From NCBI GenBank assembly GCA_965222375.1, contig CBDCTZ010000016.1, positions 608,001 to 672,000 of the forward strand: a stretch of 64,000 nt of DNA. The letters are read 5' to 3'. Both the position numbers and the translations under genes were made by a program. Source of the DNA: Polyangiaceae bacterium (GTDB lineage: Bacteria; Myxococcota_A; Polyangia; Polyangiales; Polyangiaceae). Below the pieces are notes generated by a model that saw only the letters and a program-made list of their open reading frames with translations, was not told the origin of the DNA and did not search any database. The stretch's first letter is position 1; each line of letters begins with the position of its first letter. This document shows positions 19,674 to 28,663 of the stretch, piece by piece.

Positions 19674-20516
19674 TTGCGGGTGCTGTCCCGGTCTGCACTC
19701 CTTCTTTCCCTAGCTTGCACGCTGCTGGCGACGCCCAGCCGCGCTGCGGAAGAAGAGACCTGCGTTGCCGCTTATGACGAGAGCCAACGAACCCGGCGTG
19801 CCGGCAAGCTCGTCAAGACCCGGGACACTCTGTTGGTGTGCGCCCAAGAGAGCTGTCCACCTGCGGTTACCAAGGCGTGCACTCGCTGGCTCGAGGAAGT
19901 CAACGCGAGTCTCCCCACAGTGGTGCTGGGTGCGAAAGACGGTACTGGGCGTGACGTGATTGATGTCGAGGTCTTCGATGGCACGACGGCGATCAGCGAC
20001 AAGTTGGATGGCCGCGCCGTGCCCCTGGATCCTGGTGCCCACGAGCTGCGTTTCGTCTTCCCCGGAGGCGTGGAGGTGGTGGAGCGAGTGCTGCTGCGCG
20101 AGTCTGAGAAGAACCGCGTGGTGACCGCGCAGCTGCCCGCGACCCCGAAGCCGTCGAACGAGGTGCAGGACAAACCCGCGCCGCGGGAGCCCCCCGCGCC
20201 CCAGCCCGCGCCAAGCACCGGTCCCCCCACCGCTAGCATCGTATTGGGCGCAGTTGGAGTGGCGGCTCTGGCCTCCTTTGCCTACTTCGGGATCACGGCG
20301 AAGCGAGACGCGGACGATCTCGACGAGAGTTGCGCGCCGAATTGCCCCAAGGCGGATACGGACGCGGTGAAGAACAAGGCGCTCATCGCAGACATCTCCT
20401 TGGGGGTTGGGATCGCGAGCTTGGCGGGCGCCACCTACTTCTGGGTCACGGCGCAGCCCGCGTCTGGTGGGAGTCGGGCTCGGATCACCTCCGTGGGTAT
20501 CGCTGGTCGCTTCTGA
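19674..20516 (+). CDS. Secreted TPR-like + PEGA-like protein, probable partner of the kinase
   Basis: Signal peptide; CVAAY..CAQESCP..C; LDPGAH; hydrophobic hairpin; ends IAGRF. Confidence 0.8.
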   Translation: MRVLSRSALLLSLACTLLATPSRAAEEETCVAAYDESQRTRRAGKLVKTRDTLLVCAQESCPPAVTKACTRWLEEVNASLPTVVLGAKDGTGRDVIDVEVFDGTTAISDKLDGRAVPLDPGAHELRFVFPGGVEVVERVLLRESEKNRVVTAQLPATPKPSNEVQDKPAPREPPAPQPAPSTGPPTASIVLGAVGVAALASFAYFGITAKRDADDLDESCAPNCPKADTDAVKNKALIADISLGVGIASLAGATYFWVTAQPASGGSRARITSVGIAGRF

Positions 20517-20580
20517 GTGCTAGTTGGCCGCCTGGATGTCGCGGGTTCCGGTCTGATGGGAGTGCTATGGTCGGCGTTCG

Positions 20581-21909
20581 ATGCCCGCGCCGCCGGACAC
20601 CACAGCAACCCTGCAGAAAGAGCGCGTTGCCCTCGATGAACTACCGCGCTTTGTCGTGCACGTGCTCGAGGGCCCCGACCGGGGAGAGCGCCGGGTGCTG
20701 GATGCAGAACGTCCCGGGCGGATGCTCATTGGAACCAGCCCGGCGTGCGAGCTGCGGCTGACGGACCCGCACGTGTCGCGTCGCCACATTGCCTTGGAAC
20801 AGGATGGAGCCGAACTGCGGCTCACGGATCTTGGTTCCACCAACGGCACCAGGGTTGGCACCGTGCGAGTGATCGAGGCCATGTTGGGCTCCGGCGCCAG
20901 CGTGCAGTTGGGCGACACGAAACTCAGCGTGGAGCCGATGGCACCCGAAAGCGTCGACCGGCTCTCTTCCGCGACATCTTTTGGCAAGCTCGTGGGCCAG
21001 AGCGTAGCCATGCGGCGGCTGTATCCGATTTGCCAACGCCTGGCCGCAAGCAACGTTCCGATCCTACTCGAGGGCGAAACGGGAACCGGCAAAGAGGTCC
21101 TGGCGGAAGCCCTGCACGAGCAGGGCGCGCGGGCCTCGGGTCCTTTCATCGTGTTCGATTGTTCCGCGGTGACGCCGTCTCTGCTCGAGTCCCATCTGTT
21201 TGGACACGAGCGGGGTGCGTTCACCGGTGCAACGACGGTCCGCAAGGGCGTGTTCGAGTTGGCGTCGGGTGGAACGCTCTTCATCGACGAGATCGGTGAC
21301 TTGGACATCGCGCTGCAAGCGCGGCTCTTGCGTGCCATCGAGCGCGGGGAAGTGTGTCGGGTGGGTAGCGAGCGCTGGCTTTCCGTTAACGTGCGCATCG
21401 TCGCCGCGACCCGACGCGACCTGGACAAAGAAGTCCAGGCTGGGCGGTTTCGCGACGACCTGTTTTACCGCCTAGCCGTAGCGCGAGTGGAGCTGCCGCC
21501 TCTGCGGCGACGCTACGGTGACATCGGGCTACTCGCGCGCCACTTCTGGGACGAGCTTGCCGGCGCCGAGCAAGCGCTGCCCTACGAGCTCTTCGAGCGA
21601 TTCGAAGAGTACGATTGGCCAGGTAATGTTCGCGAACTCTACAACGCCGTCGCACGGCATGCGGCGCTCGGCGACCTTGCCGAGTTTGACGAGCAGCCGT
21701 CGCCGGATCCGAGCCCCGACGTCGTGGAGCAAATACTCTCCTTGGATCTGCCGCTCCCCCGCGCAAGGCAGCGGCTGCTCGCGGAGTTCGAGCGGCGTTA
21801 CGTTGCCCGCGTGCTCGAACGGCACGACGGCAATGTGGGTCAGGCCGTGGCAGCTTCCGGAATTGCGCGGCGCTACTTCAACCTGCTGCGCGCGCGGCAC
21901 CGTCAGTAG
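20581..21909 (+). CDS. FHA-domain sigma54-dependent enhancer-binding protein
   Basis: FHA (VSRRH, DLGSTNGT); GETGTGKE; GAFTGA; LFIDEIG; FRDDLFYRL; WPGNVREL; C-terminal HTH. Confidence 0.95.
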   Translation: MPAPPDTTATLQKERVALDELPRFVVHVLEGPDRGERRVLDAERPGRMLIGTSPACELRLTDPHVSRRHIALEQDGAELRLTDLGSTNGTRVGTVRVIEAMLGSGASVQLGDTKLSVEPMAPESVDRLSSATSFGKLVGQSVAMRRLYPICQRLAASNVPILLEGETGTGKEVLAEALHEQGARASGPFIVFDCSAVTPSLLESHLFGHERGAFTGATTVRKGVFELASGGTLFIDEIGDLDIALQARLLRAIERGEVCRVGSERWLSVNVRIVAATRRDLDKEVQAGRFRDDLFYRLAVARVELPPLRRRYGDIGLLARHFWDELAGAEQALPYELFERFEEYDWPGNVRELYNAVARHAALGDLAEFDEQPSPDPSPDVVEQILSLDLPLPRARQRLLAEFERRYVARVLERHDGNVGQAVAASGIARRYFNLLRARHRQ

Positions 21910-22934
21910 CTGAGTAGCGTCGCGCTGCCGGTGGCGGGGTCCACGGCGAAGATCCGCCCATCGGATTCGAACAGGACTGTCCCACTAGCCGGGTTGGGAA
22001 AGAGATCTGGCGGCTTCTGCGGCAGCTGTTCATCGGAAAGGGAGAGGGTGACGCTGGTGCGAGATCCGCCCTTGAGCTCCACCGTCTCCAAGCTTCTTGG
22101 GTCACGGAACAAGTAGGCATGGGTGGGGTCCATGGCGAAGGCGCGGACCTTGCCCCCGGCACTGCCTTCGACCATGGGCTGGCTGGTAGCGCTGCCTCGC
22201 GGCAGCCGCCCAATCGCGGCGGTGGACTCGTCGACATACCAGACGCCGTCTGGTTGCGCTGACAGCAAGAACGGCCCCTTGGGAGTCAGATCCGTCATCT
22301 CACAGAAGACGTCGGTCACGCGAGCGACCCCTCTTCCTCCCTGTTGGTCCGTGCGGCCGACCGACATGAACGTGGCGCCGTCGATGTCGACGATGGAGTT
22401 CAGCTTGTCGGGCCAAAACGTATCCCCAGCCACCGCGGGGCAATTGCCGCCGACGGGCATTCCGGACCCTGATTTGCCGGTGACTGGGTCGATGCTGACG
22501 GTGGAGCCCTTGAAGTCGAAGCCGGTCCACAGGTGTGAGCCCCATGCGCCGCTTGCGAGCCGACTCAGGCTACGCACGTCTTTGAGAACGCCCCAGCTGC
22601 CCACGTGCTCCGTGCTGTACACGTCCTCTATTGCCCCGAACAAAATCTCGCGATCCCCTGTGTCGAGAGCGATAGAGAGAATGGCCCCTTGGATCCCCTG
22701 ACCGTGGACTCGGACTGCGACCACGAGGCGGTCTCCGTCCACAGAGCCGCCGACAATCTCGCGCTTGGGCAGCGCGTCCCACGGCACGACGATGCCGCCG
22801 CCCACTGAGCCTGGTACTGGCTCTTGCGCGCAGTCGTCGCTACAAGGCGAGTTGCCGTCAGAGAGCCGATCGATGTCTATCGATATCGAACAGCTCATGC
22901 ACAGGAGCAGGAAAGGGAAGGCAGACCCACGCAT
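21903..22934 (-). CDS. Putative beta-propeller lipoprotein (paralog of the adjacent gene)
   Basis: CMSC lipobox-like; repeated xDPxTG blade motifs. Confidence 0.65.
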   Translation of the reverse strand: MRGSAFPFLLLCMSCSISIDIDRLSDGNSPCSDDCAQEPVPGSVGGGIVVPWDALPKREIVGGSVDGDRLVVAVRVHGQGIQGAILSIALDTGDREILFGAIEDVYSTEHVGSWGVLKDVRSLSRLASGAWGSHLWTGFDFKGSTVSIDPVTGKSGSGMPVGGNCPAVAGDTFWPDKLNSIVDIDGATFMSVGRTDQQGGRGVARVTDVFCEMTDLTPKGPFLLSAQPDGVWYVDESTAAIGRLPRGSATSQPMVEGSAGGKVRAFAMDPTHAYLFRDPRSLETVELKGGSRTSVTLSLSDEQLPQKPPDLFPNPASGTVLFESDGRIFAVDPATGSATLLSY

Positions 22935-22936
22935 GG

Positions 22937-24115
22937 TCAGAAGCTGAGGATGTTGTTGTTGCCGCTGGCCGGATCGTAGATGACGACCGCGCCGTCGATG
23001 ACGAGCAACAACGCTGCGCGGGTTGGATGTACGAAAACCATCTGCCGTGTTTTGGGATCGCTCCTTGCTGGGCCGACCGTCTTGGCCAAGACCCGGCGGG
23101 CACCGCTCCCACGGTTGACCTCCATCAGACGAAAGGCATTGAGCAACTCGCCCCCCGCCCCGTAGACGAAGGAATCGCCGACCGTCAAATCACCGCTGCC
23201 AATCGGGTTGCTCTCGAAGGCAGGTTTGGAGGCCGCTGAGGCGGAGACCACGTTGGACTTTCCAGTGGTCGTATTGAAAGAGACCAAGCTGGAGCCGAAC
23301 TGGTCGACGAACCAGAGCTCCCCCTGGTGCCACGCGATGCTCTCCACTCCCGCGTCCAGTGGCGCTTGATCGAGGAGCTCACATTGCTCACCGGTGATGC
23401 GAACGATCCACTCCCCTTGCAGGTTCTGACCCAGAGTGTAGAAGCTGCTGTCGGCTAACACCGCTGGCCGCACCGTCGGCTGCACTTGCAAGGACGGCGG
23501 CAATACCTGTTCGCACTTCTGCCCCACCGACCGCGTCGTGCGGTTGCCGGTCGCCGGCTCGATATCCAGTACGAACCCCGAGAATCCCTTGAACGGCGGC
23601 AGGAGTAGCGCGAACAGGTTGCCAGAACTGCTGACACCCACGCCCGACAAGCCGACAAAGCCGTCGCCACCCCCCTGAGATGTCATGCCTCCGCTTGGCG
23701 AGCCCAAGGAACCGCTAATCAGTCGCCGATCGCCAGTCTCCAGGTGCACACCGACGATCCCACCTTCTCCGGTCGGATCATCTCGACGGACCGCCATGAG
23801 TAGCTCTTGCCCGTGGACGACCCCACCCACGACGTCCAGGCGCATGTTGCCAAACTCGCTGCGCCAATCGATCACCACGCCACCGCCGATTGTCCCCGGT
23901 TGCAGGGTGTCGACGGTCCGGCAGCGGTCGTCAGTGCTGACGACGGGGTCGGCGCAGTCCACCAAGGCGGGCGGGGGGAGCAAGCTGGCGTCGGCGCCGC
24001 CGTCCAGCGCACCGCCGCTGGATTGTCCGCTGTCCACAAGCACGGAACAGGCGCCAATGACGGCGGCGACGGCCACGGGAAGAGCGTGCTTCTGGAGCGA
24101 GAGGGGACGGGACAT
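22937..24115 (-). CDS. Putative beta-propeller lipoprotein
   Basis: IGAC lipobox; ETGDRR, EPATG, DPASG motifs; 2-bp gap to the next gene. Confidence 0.65.
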   Translation of the reverse strand: MSRPLSLQKHALPVAVAAVIGACSVLVDSGQSSGGALDGGADASLLPPPALVDCADPVVSTDDRCRTVDTLQPGTIGGGVVIDWRSEFGNMRLDVVGGVVHGQELLMAVRRDDPTGEGGIVGVHLETGDRRLISGSLGSPSGGMTSQGGGDGFVGLSGVGVSSSGNLFALLLPPFKGFSGFVLDIEPATGNRTTRSVGQKCEQVLPPSLQVQPTVRPAVLADSSFYTLGQNLQGEWIVRITGEQCELLDQAPLDAGVESIAWHQGELWFVDQFGSSLVSFNTTTGKSNVVSASAASKPAFESNPIGSGDLTVGDSFVYGAGGELLNAFRLMEVNRGSGARRVLAKTVGPARSDPKTRQMVFVHPTRAALLLVIDGAVVIYDPASGNNNILSF

Positions 24116-24177
24116 TCGGGTCTCGCGGGCGAGCGGCCGCAGAGTGTGCCGCCGAAGGCTGGCTTGGTCCAGCCAAG

Positions 24178-24193
24178 AGCATTCTTCGTGCCG
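24178..24193 (-). promoter_or_regulatory. Putative sigma54 promoter for the leftward lipoprotein pair
   Basis: Minus strand CGGCACGAAGAATGCT (GG-N10-GC). Confidence 0.65.
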
Positions 24194-24232
24194 AAGGTAG
24201 TTTGGGCCTTTCGCGGCACCGGACGAGTCGGT

Positions 24233-24289
24233 GGGATCTGCGAGATCCCGACGGCCCCTGATCGCCAGCGTGGGGATCTACCGGATCCC
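24233..24289. promoter_or_regulatory. Twin palindromes GGGATC-N5-GATCCC (candidate EBP enhancer)
   Basis: GGGATCTGCGAGATCCC at 24233-24249 and GGGATCTACCGGATCCC at 24273-24289. Confidence 0.75.
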
Positions 24290-24329
24290 GAAGTCGGCGA
24301 CGCTCCTGCGTTTTCATCGACGTCGCCCG

Positions 24330-24345
24330 CGGCACGGGGATTGCT
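24330..24345 (+). promoter_or_regulatory. Sigma54 promoter, near consensus
   Basis: CGGCACGGGGATTGCT versus consensus TGGCACG-N4-TTGC(A/T). Confidence 0.8.
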
Positions 24346-24409
24346 CAAGGCGCTCCCGCTAACGCAACGCGCAAACCCGCGTGTTGCATTCACTGTTCAG
24401 GAGCTCGTG

Positions 24410-25885
24410 ATGAAACTTCGTGCCTTATTGCCCAAGAACCTCATTCTCTTTGGCGCCGGTGTCCCTCTTCTGGTTTTCGCATGTGGTAGCGACGACGCTG
24501 GCGGTGGTGGGTCTGTCGCAAAGACTCCTGGTCAACAGCTTTGCGAATCCCTGAAGAACAACATCACCGCCTGCGGTGCGAGCACTCCCTGCGACGATGC
24601 TCTGGTCGCCGACTGCGCCGGCGTCGTGGATATGCTCAGCGAGCAGTACCTCGTCACCACCAAGGGCTGCTTGGATGGCGGAGGGAGCCCCAGCGGCTGT
24701 CTCGCGTCTTCCTTCAAGGGCCTGACTCCCAGCTCGGCTCATCAGAGCTTCGCCAAGACGTTCTGCGGCGATTGCTTGGGCGGAGTCGTTCCCGCCTGTG
24801 AAGACCTCTTCTTTGGTCAGGGCGGCAGCATCCCGGATGACCTCAAGGTTGCCGGTGCGCTCATTCTGCCCCTCGGGGACGGACTGGTGAGCCAGATCGA
24901 ACAGGAGTGCGCAACGGCTAGCCCGTTGACGTGCGCAGCGAAGTTCTCGAGCTGCGCACAGGGTGTGTTGGCGCAGCAGGCCTTGCCCGCCGACACTCTC
25001 AAATGCCTCGTCGACGGGCTGATCGAAGGGGATACCGCAGTCAAGACTTGCACTAGCGACGGCGGGCTCGGTGGCAGCACCGGAAGCGGCGGATCTTCCG
25101 GCGCCACCGGGAGCGGTGGGTTCTCGGGCGGAGGCACCGGTGGGTTGGGTACTGGTGGTGTTGGCACCGGTGGCGGTGGCACTGGCGGCTTGGGCACGGC
25201 TGGCGCCGGAACCGGTGGCGTTGGCACCGGTGGCGCCGGCACCGGGGGTGTAGGCACGGGTGGCTCGGGGACTGGTGGGACCACTGGAACGTGCAGCAGC
25301 ACCACGGCCTTCGATTGTGGCGGAACCGACAAGTTCTGTTCGTCGGGCAGCTGCTCGACATGCGAGAGCGGAAAGCTCAACTGCAACGGCATCGCTGGCT
25401 GCGAATGTTCGGGAACCTGCAACGGCACCAGCTGTTCCACCTGCACGGATCCAGGACCGGAGCCGAACGACACTATCTCGCAGGCAGCCCCCGCTTGCTC
25501 CAAGTCTCCGTGCAATACCAGCGACTGCAACGCGCTGGGTGGCGGGACGGTGTCGGGTGTCATTCAGCCCGGCGACACCGACTACTTCACGTACAGCGGC
25601 ATCGATGACATCTGCAAGGCACAGCCTAAAGTGAGCACGCAGAGCAGTGGCATCCGGACCTGTGTCTTCGCCAAATGCAAAGACGGCAGTAGTGCTTACA
25701 AGGGTTGCGCCAAAGGCGTTCTTGGCACTAGCGGTTCCCTCAAGGGTTGCTGCAGGTCCACACCCGGTGATGTCGAGTTGGAAATTGATTGCCCTGGACT
25801 CAATGACTCGGCAACCGTTTACACGCGCATCACGGGCACCAACGCCAACGCCTGCACATCGTACAGCTTCGACTACGACTTCTGA
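24410..25885 (+). CDS. Cys-rich lipoprotein with a Gly linker and a pre-peptidase C-terminal-like domain
   Basis: RBS aggag; VFAC lipobox; GTGG repeats; EPNDT..A..DTDYF. Confidence 0.75.
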   Translation: MKLRALLPKNLILFGAGVPLLVFACGSDDAGGGGSVAKTPGQQLCESLKNNITACGASTPCDDALVADCAGVVDMLSEQYLVTTKGCLDGGGSPSGCLASSFKGLTPSSAHQSFAKTFCGDCLGGVVPACEDLFFGQGGSIPDDLKVAGALILPLGDGLVSQIEQECATASPLTCAAKFSSCAQGVLAQQALPADTLKCLVDGLIEGDTAVKTCTSDGGLGGSTGSGGSSGATGSGGFSGGGTGGLGTGGVGTGGGGTGGLGTAGAGTGGVGTGGAGTGGVGTGGSGTGGTTGTCSSTTAFDCGGTDKFCSSGSCSTCESGKLNCNGIAGCECSGTCNGTSCSTCTDPGPEPNDTISQAAPACSKSPCNTSDCNALGGGTVSGVIQPGDTDYFTYSGIDDICKAQPKVSTQSSGIRTCVFAKCKDGSSAYKGCAKGVLGTSGSLKGCCRSTPGDVELEIDCPGLNDSATVYTRITGTNANACTSYSFDYDF

Positions 25886-25980
25886 GGGGAGTTCCGCGAA
25901 GCCGCGGTGGGCCATTCGCGGCACTTGCGATCCGGGAAGGCGGGCGTGATATCCTCGCTGTCTTCCCGCGATCGCGCGCC

Positions 25981-26928
25981 ATGGAACCCGACACCCAAGA
26001 AGCCTTCGCCGACCGCTATGTCGTGAAAGAGGAGGTGGGCAATGGCGCCATGGGGGTCGTTCATCACGCCCTGGACCGGCAGACTGGCGAGAGCGTCGCC
26101 TTGAAGATGCTCAAGCCAGCTTTTGCCAGTAACGAGCGGGTATTGCGTCGGTTTCGGCGCGAGGCTGAAGCAGCGCGTTTGGTCAACCATCCCAATGTGG
26201 TTCGCTACATCGACAGCGGAGTGTGGCGTCGGACCCACTACGCGGCGATGGAGTTGGTCGAAGGGCCTACCCTCTCGGAGTACGTTGGAGACAATGGGCG
26301 GCTCGAGGCCACCACAGGGCTCCTGCTCATGGCTCAGTTGGCGCGTGGCCTGTCGGCGATTCACGCGGCCGGAGTGGTGCATCGCGATGTGAAACCGTCG
26401 AACCTGCTCCTGGTCGGACCTGGGGACCCGCCGCCCTTCATCAAGATCGCGGATTTCGGTCTGGCGAAGCTGGACCATCACCCGATCACAGGATCCATGA
26501 TGGCTATCGGCACCGCGGACTACATGTCCCCGGAGCAGGCGCTTTCCGAAGAGCAAGACCATCGGGCGGATGTCTACGCGCTGGGTGTCGTGACTTTCTT
26601 TGTTCTGACCGGAGAACTGCCCTACTTCGGCAAGAACCCAGCGCACTCTATGGCACACCAGATCTTCAGCACGCCCCCGCCCGCGTCCTGGCTGGTTGAC
26701 GATTTGGACCCCGCAATCGATCGCGTGGTGGCCACCGCGCTGCGCAAGGCGCCGCAGCACCGCTTTCAGACCATGGAAGACATGTGCAGAGCTCTCGAAG
26801 CGGCAGCCGGAAAACCCTGCGAGCCGCCGGAGCACCCCGTCATGACCGGCGATGACGAATACGAACCGAAGTCTGCCAACGGCGCCATGGTGCTCAAGGC
26901 ACTCCGTTCCGAATTCGGCAAGGCCTGA
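25981..26928 (+). CDS. Cytoplasmic Ser/Thr protein kinase
   Basis: GNGAMGVV, VALK, HRDVKPSN, DFG, GTADYMSPEQ; no TM. Confidence 0.92.
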   Translation: MEPDTQEAFADRYVVKEEVGNGAMGVVHHALDRQTGESVALKMLKPAFASNERVLRRFRREAEAARLVNHPNVVRYIDSGVWRRTHYAAMELVEGPTLSEYVGDNGRLEATTGLLLMAQLARGLSAIHAAGVVHRDVKPSNLLLVGPGDPPPFIKIADFGLAKLDHHPITGSMMAIGTADYMSPEQALSEEQDHRADVYALGVVTFFVLTGELPYFGKNPAHSMAHQIFSTPPPASWLVDDLDPAIDRVVATALRKAPQHRFQTMEDMCRALEAAAGKPCEPPEHPVMTGDDEYEPKSANGAMVLKALRSEFGKA

Positions 26929-26965
26929 TCCAACGACAGCGCGGCTAGTGGTGTCGAAGTGGTTC

Positions 26966-27997
26966 ATGCGCATCGCCGCATCAGTCATCACCCTGAGCCT
27001 CGCCTGCGCGTGCGGCGCCTCGCGATCACCCACGGCCACGCCGGCGGCGGGCTACGATTCCAAGGATGATCTGGCTCTGGCGCGTCAGAAGAACGCAGAA
27101 CCGCTGCCCGACGCGGCAGATGCCGGTCCAACAGTCAACGAAGACACGGATGTCGAAGTTGGCACGGCACCCGAGGAGCCCAGCGTGCCCGTGGTGGCCA
27201 CGACGCCCGCCCCCCGTCACGAACCAAAGGACGCGGACGTTCGCAGGGCACTCAGCGACGCAGACGACGGCAAGTTTGCCAGCGTATTGCGGCGCCTGCG
27301 CGCGCATATCAGGCGCATCGATCAGCAGGCGAGCCTGGAAGACCGCATGCTCGCGCGTGCGCTGCTGGGCCGTGGCTACGCCAAGGCACGGCAGTTAAAG
27401 GCCGCCCGCCGGGAGTACGACAAAGTGCTCCTAGCTTGGAAAGACCCCGGGGCCGCCATGCAGAAAATCACTGGTGGCGAAACCAATCGCGCCGCCTTGT
27501 CTCGCGCGGGCCAGGCGTTGAATGCGGTGGGAGAAGCGCTCTTCTTTCACGCGGAACAGAAACGCCGGATCGCCGCTGCGCTCAAGCCGCCCACTTACCA
27601 TGGGCCAGACACAGACGACGCCATCCAGAGGTTTGTGCAGAAGCGGGTTGCCGCATGGCTCAAGAAGCGCCGTCAGTTGATCGACGAAGCGCAGCGCGCC
27701 TATCAGAAGATCCCCACGCTCCGCCCCGCACTGCCGCCGCGGTGGGTAGTGGCGAGTGCTGCGCAAGTCGCGGCGATGCTCGAGGCTCTGATTTCTGACA
27801 TGCGCAGGGTCCCCTTGCCGCCTTCGGTTCGGAACAATCCCGAATCCAGGCGCGCCTACGAGCACGCCATGAGTAGATCTCTCAGGTACTTGCGCAGCGC
27901 CGAGTCTGCGGCGAACGCCACCTGCAGAGAGTACGCTCGCAAGTTTCGGGTGGAGTCGAAGTACAGCCGCCAGTGTGAAGCGGTCCAGCCCAAGTAG
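26966..27997 (+). CDS. Helical/TPR-like lipoprotein
   Basis: LACAC lipobox; helical repeats; GEALFFHAEQKR, PPRWVVA, C..Y..KF....YSRQCE. Confidence 0.65.
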   Translation: MRIAASVITLSLACACGASRSPTATPAAGYDSKDDLALARQKNAEPLPDAADAGPTVNEDTDVEVGTAPEEPSVPVVATTPAPRHEPKDADVRRALSDADDGKFASVLRRLRAHIRRIDQQASLEDRMLARALLGRGYAKARQLKAARREYDKVLLAWKDPGAAMQKITGGETNRAALSRAGQALNAVGEALFFHAEQKRRIAAALKPPTYHGPDTDDAIQRFVQKRVAAWLKKRRQLIDEAQRAYQKIPTLRPALPPRWVVASAAQVAAMLEALISDMRRVPLPPSVRNNPESRRAYEHAMSRSLRYLRSAESAANATCREYARKFRVESKYSRQCEAVQPK

Positions 27998-28155
27998 CCG
28001 CGTTCCACCTCAGCGCTGCAGCCGGACTGCGAAAACGTGCAGGACTCGCCGGCCCAGCAAACCCTGGGCGTGCCGGATCAGACAGGCGCCGTTTGGCCAG
28101 TCTTGCGCGCCGCCTGGCACAACTGCTAGGAAGCCTCCCCTACTGGAGATCCCCG

Positions 28156-28647
28156 ATGCAAGCTCGTGACGTAATGACCCACATGGTGCTCATCGCCGGC
28201 GCCGACTGGTCGCTGGCAGAGCTGAAGAACTTCCTGCTCGAAAATGGCATCACGGGTGCACCCGTGGTGGGAGAAGCAGGAGAGCTAGTGGGGGTCGTTT
28301 CGGCCACCGACTTGTTGCGCGATGATGCGAATGACGAGTCCGGTGAGGATACGACTCATGACTTCTATGCCGAGTCTCTCAGCCGCTCTCTGTCCGGTGC
28401 GGAAATGCGAACCCTGCATGTCGAGGCGGATACTTCACGAACCGTGCGAGACATCATGACTCCGTTGGTTTTCGGCGTAGACGCCGGCACTCCTCTGGAC
28501 GAGCTGGCAGACGTGATGGTTCGTGGTCGAGTGCATCGCGTCATCGTCACCCGTGAGGGCAAGGTTGCTGGAATCGTCTCCGCTCTCGACATGGTGCGCG
28601 CGCTTCGCGACACCCTGCGTGGTGAAACATCCGCTGCTAGCGGTTGA
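28156..28647 (+). CDS. CBS-pair protein
   Basis: ARDVMT, ITGAPVV..LVGVVSATDL, VRDIMT, VHRVIV..GIVSALD; RBS ggag. Confidence 0.92.
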   Translation: MQARDVMTHMVLIAGADWSLAELKNFLLENGITGAPVVGEAGELVGVVSATDLLRDDANDESGEDTTHDFYAESLSRSLSGAEMRTLHVEADTSRTVRDIMTPLVFGVDAGTPLDELADVMVRGRVHRVIVTREGKVAGIVSALDMVRALRDTLRGETSAASG

Positions 28648-28663
28648 GGTTGGGAAGGCTCGC

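Noticed and set aside
23807..24409. N-terminal extension of the 692-aa ORF
   Set aside because: Overlaps the opposite-strand gene and promoter region; RBS and lipobox support a start at 24410
25070..25290. GGCACCGGTGGC-type repeats (also near 11100 and 13500) as CRISPR or VNTR
   Set aside because: Degenerate codon repeats of GTGG linkers with no spacer structure
24425..25924. Long antisense ORFs (also 31079-32188, 42905-44143, 50961-52475 and others)
   Set aside because: Shadow frames of high-GC genes with clear motifs on the opposite strand
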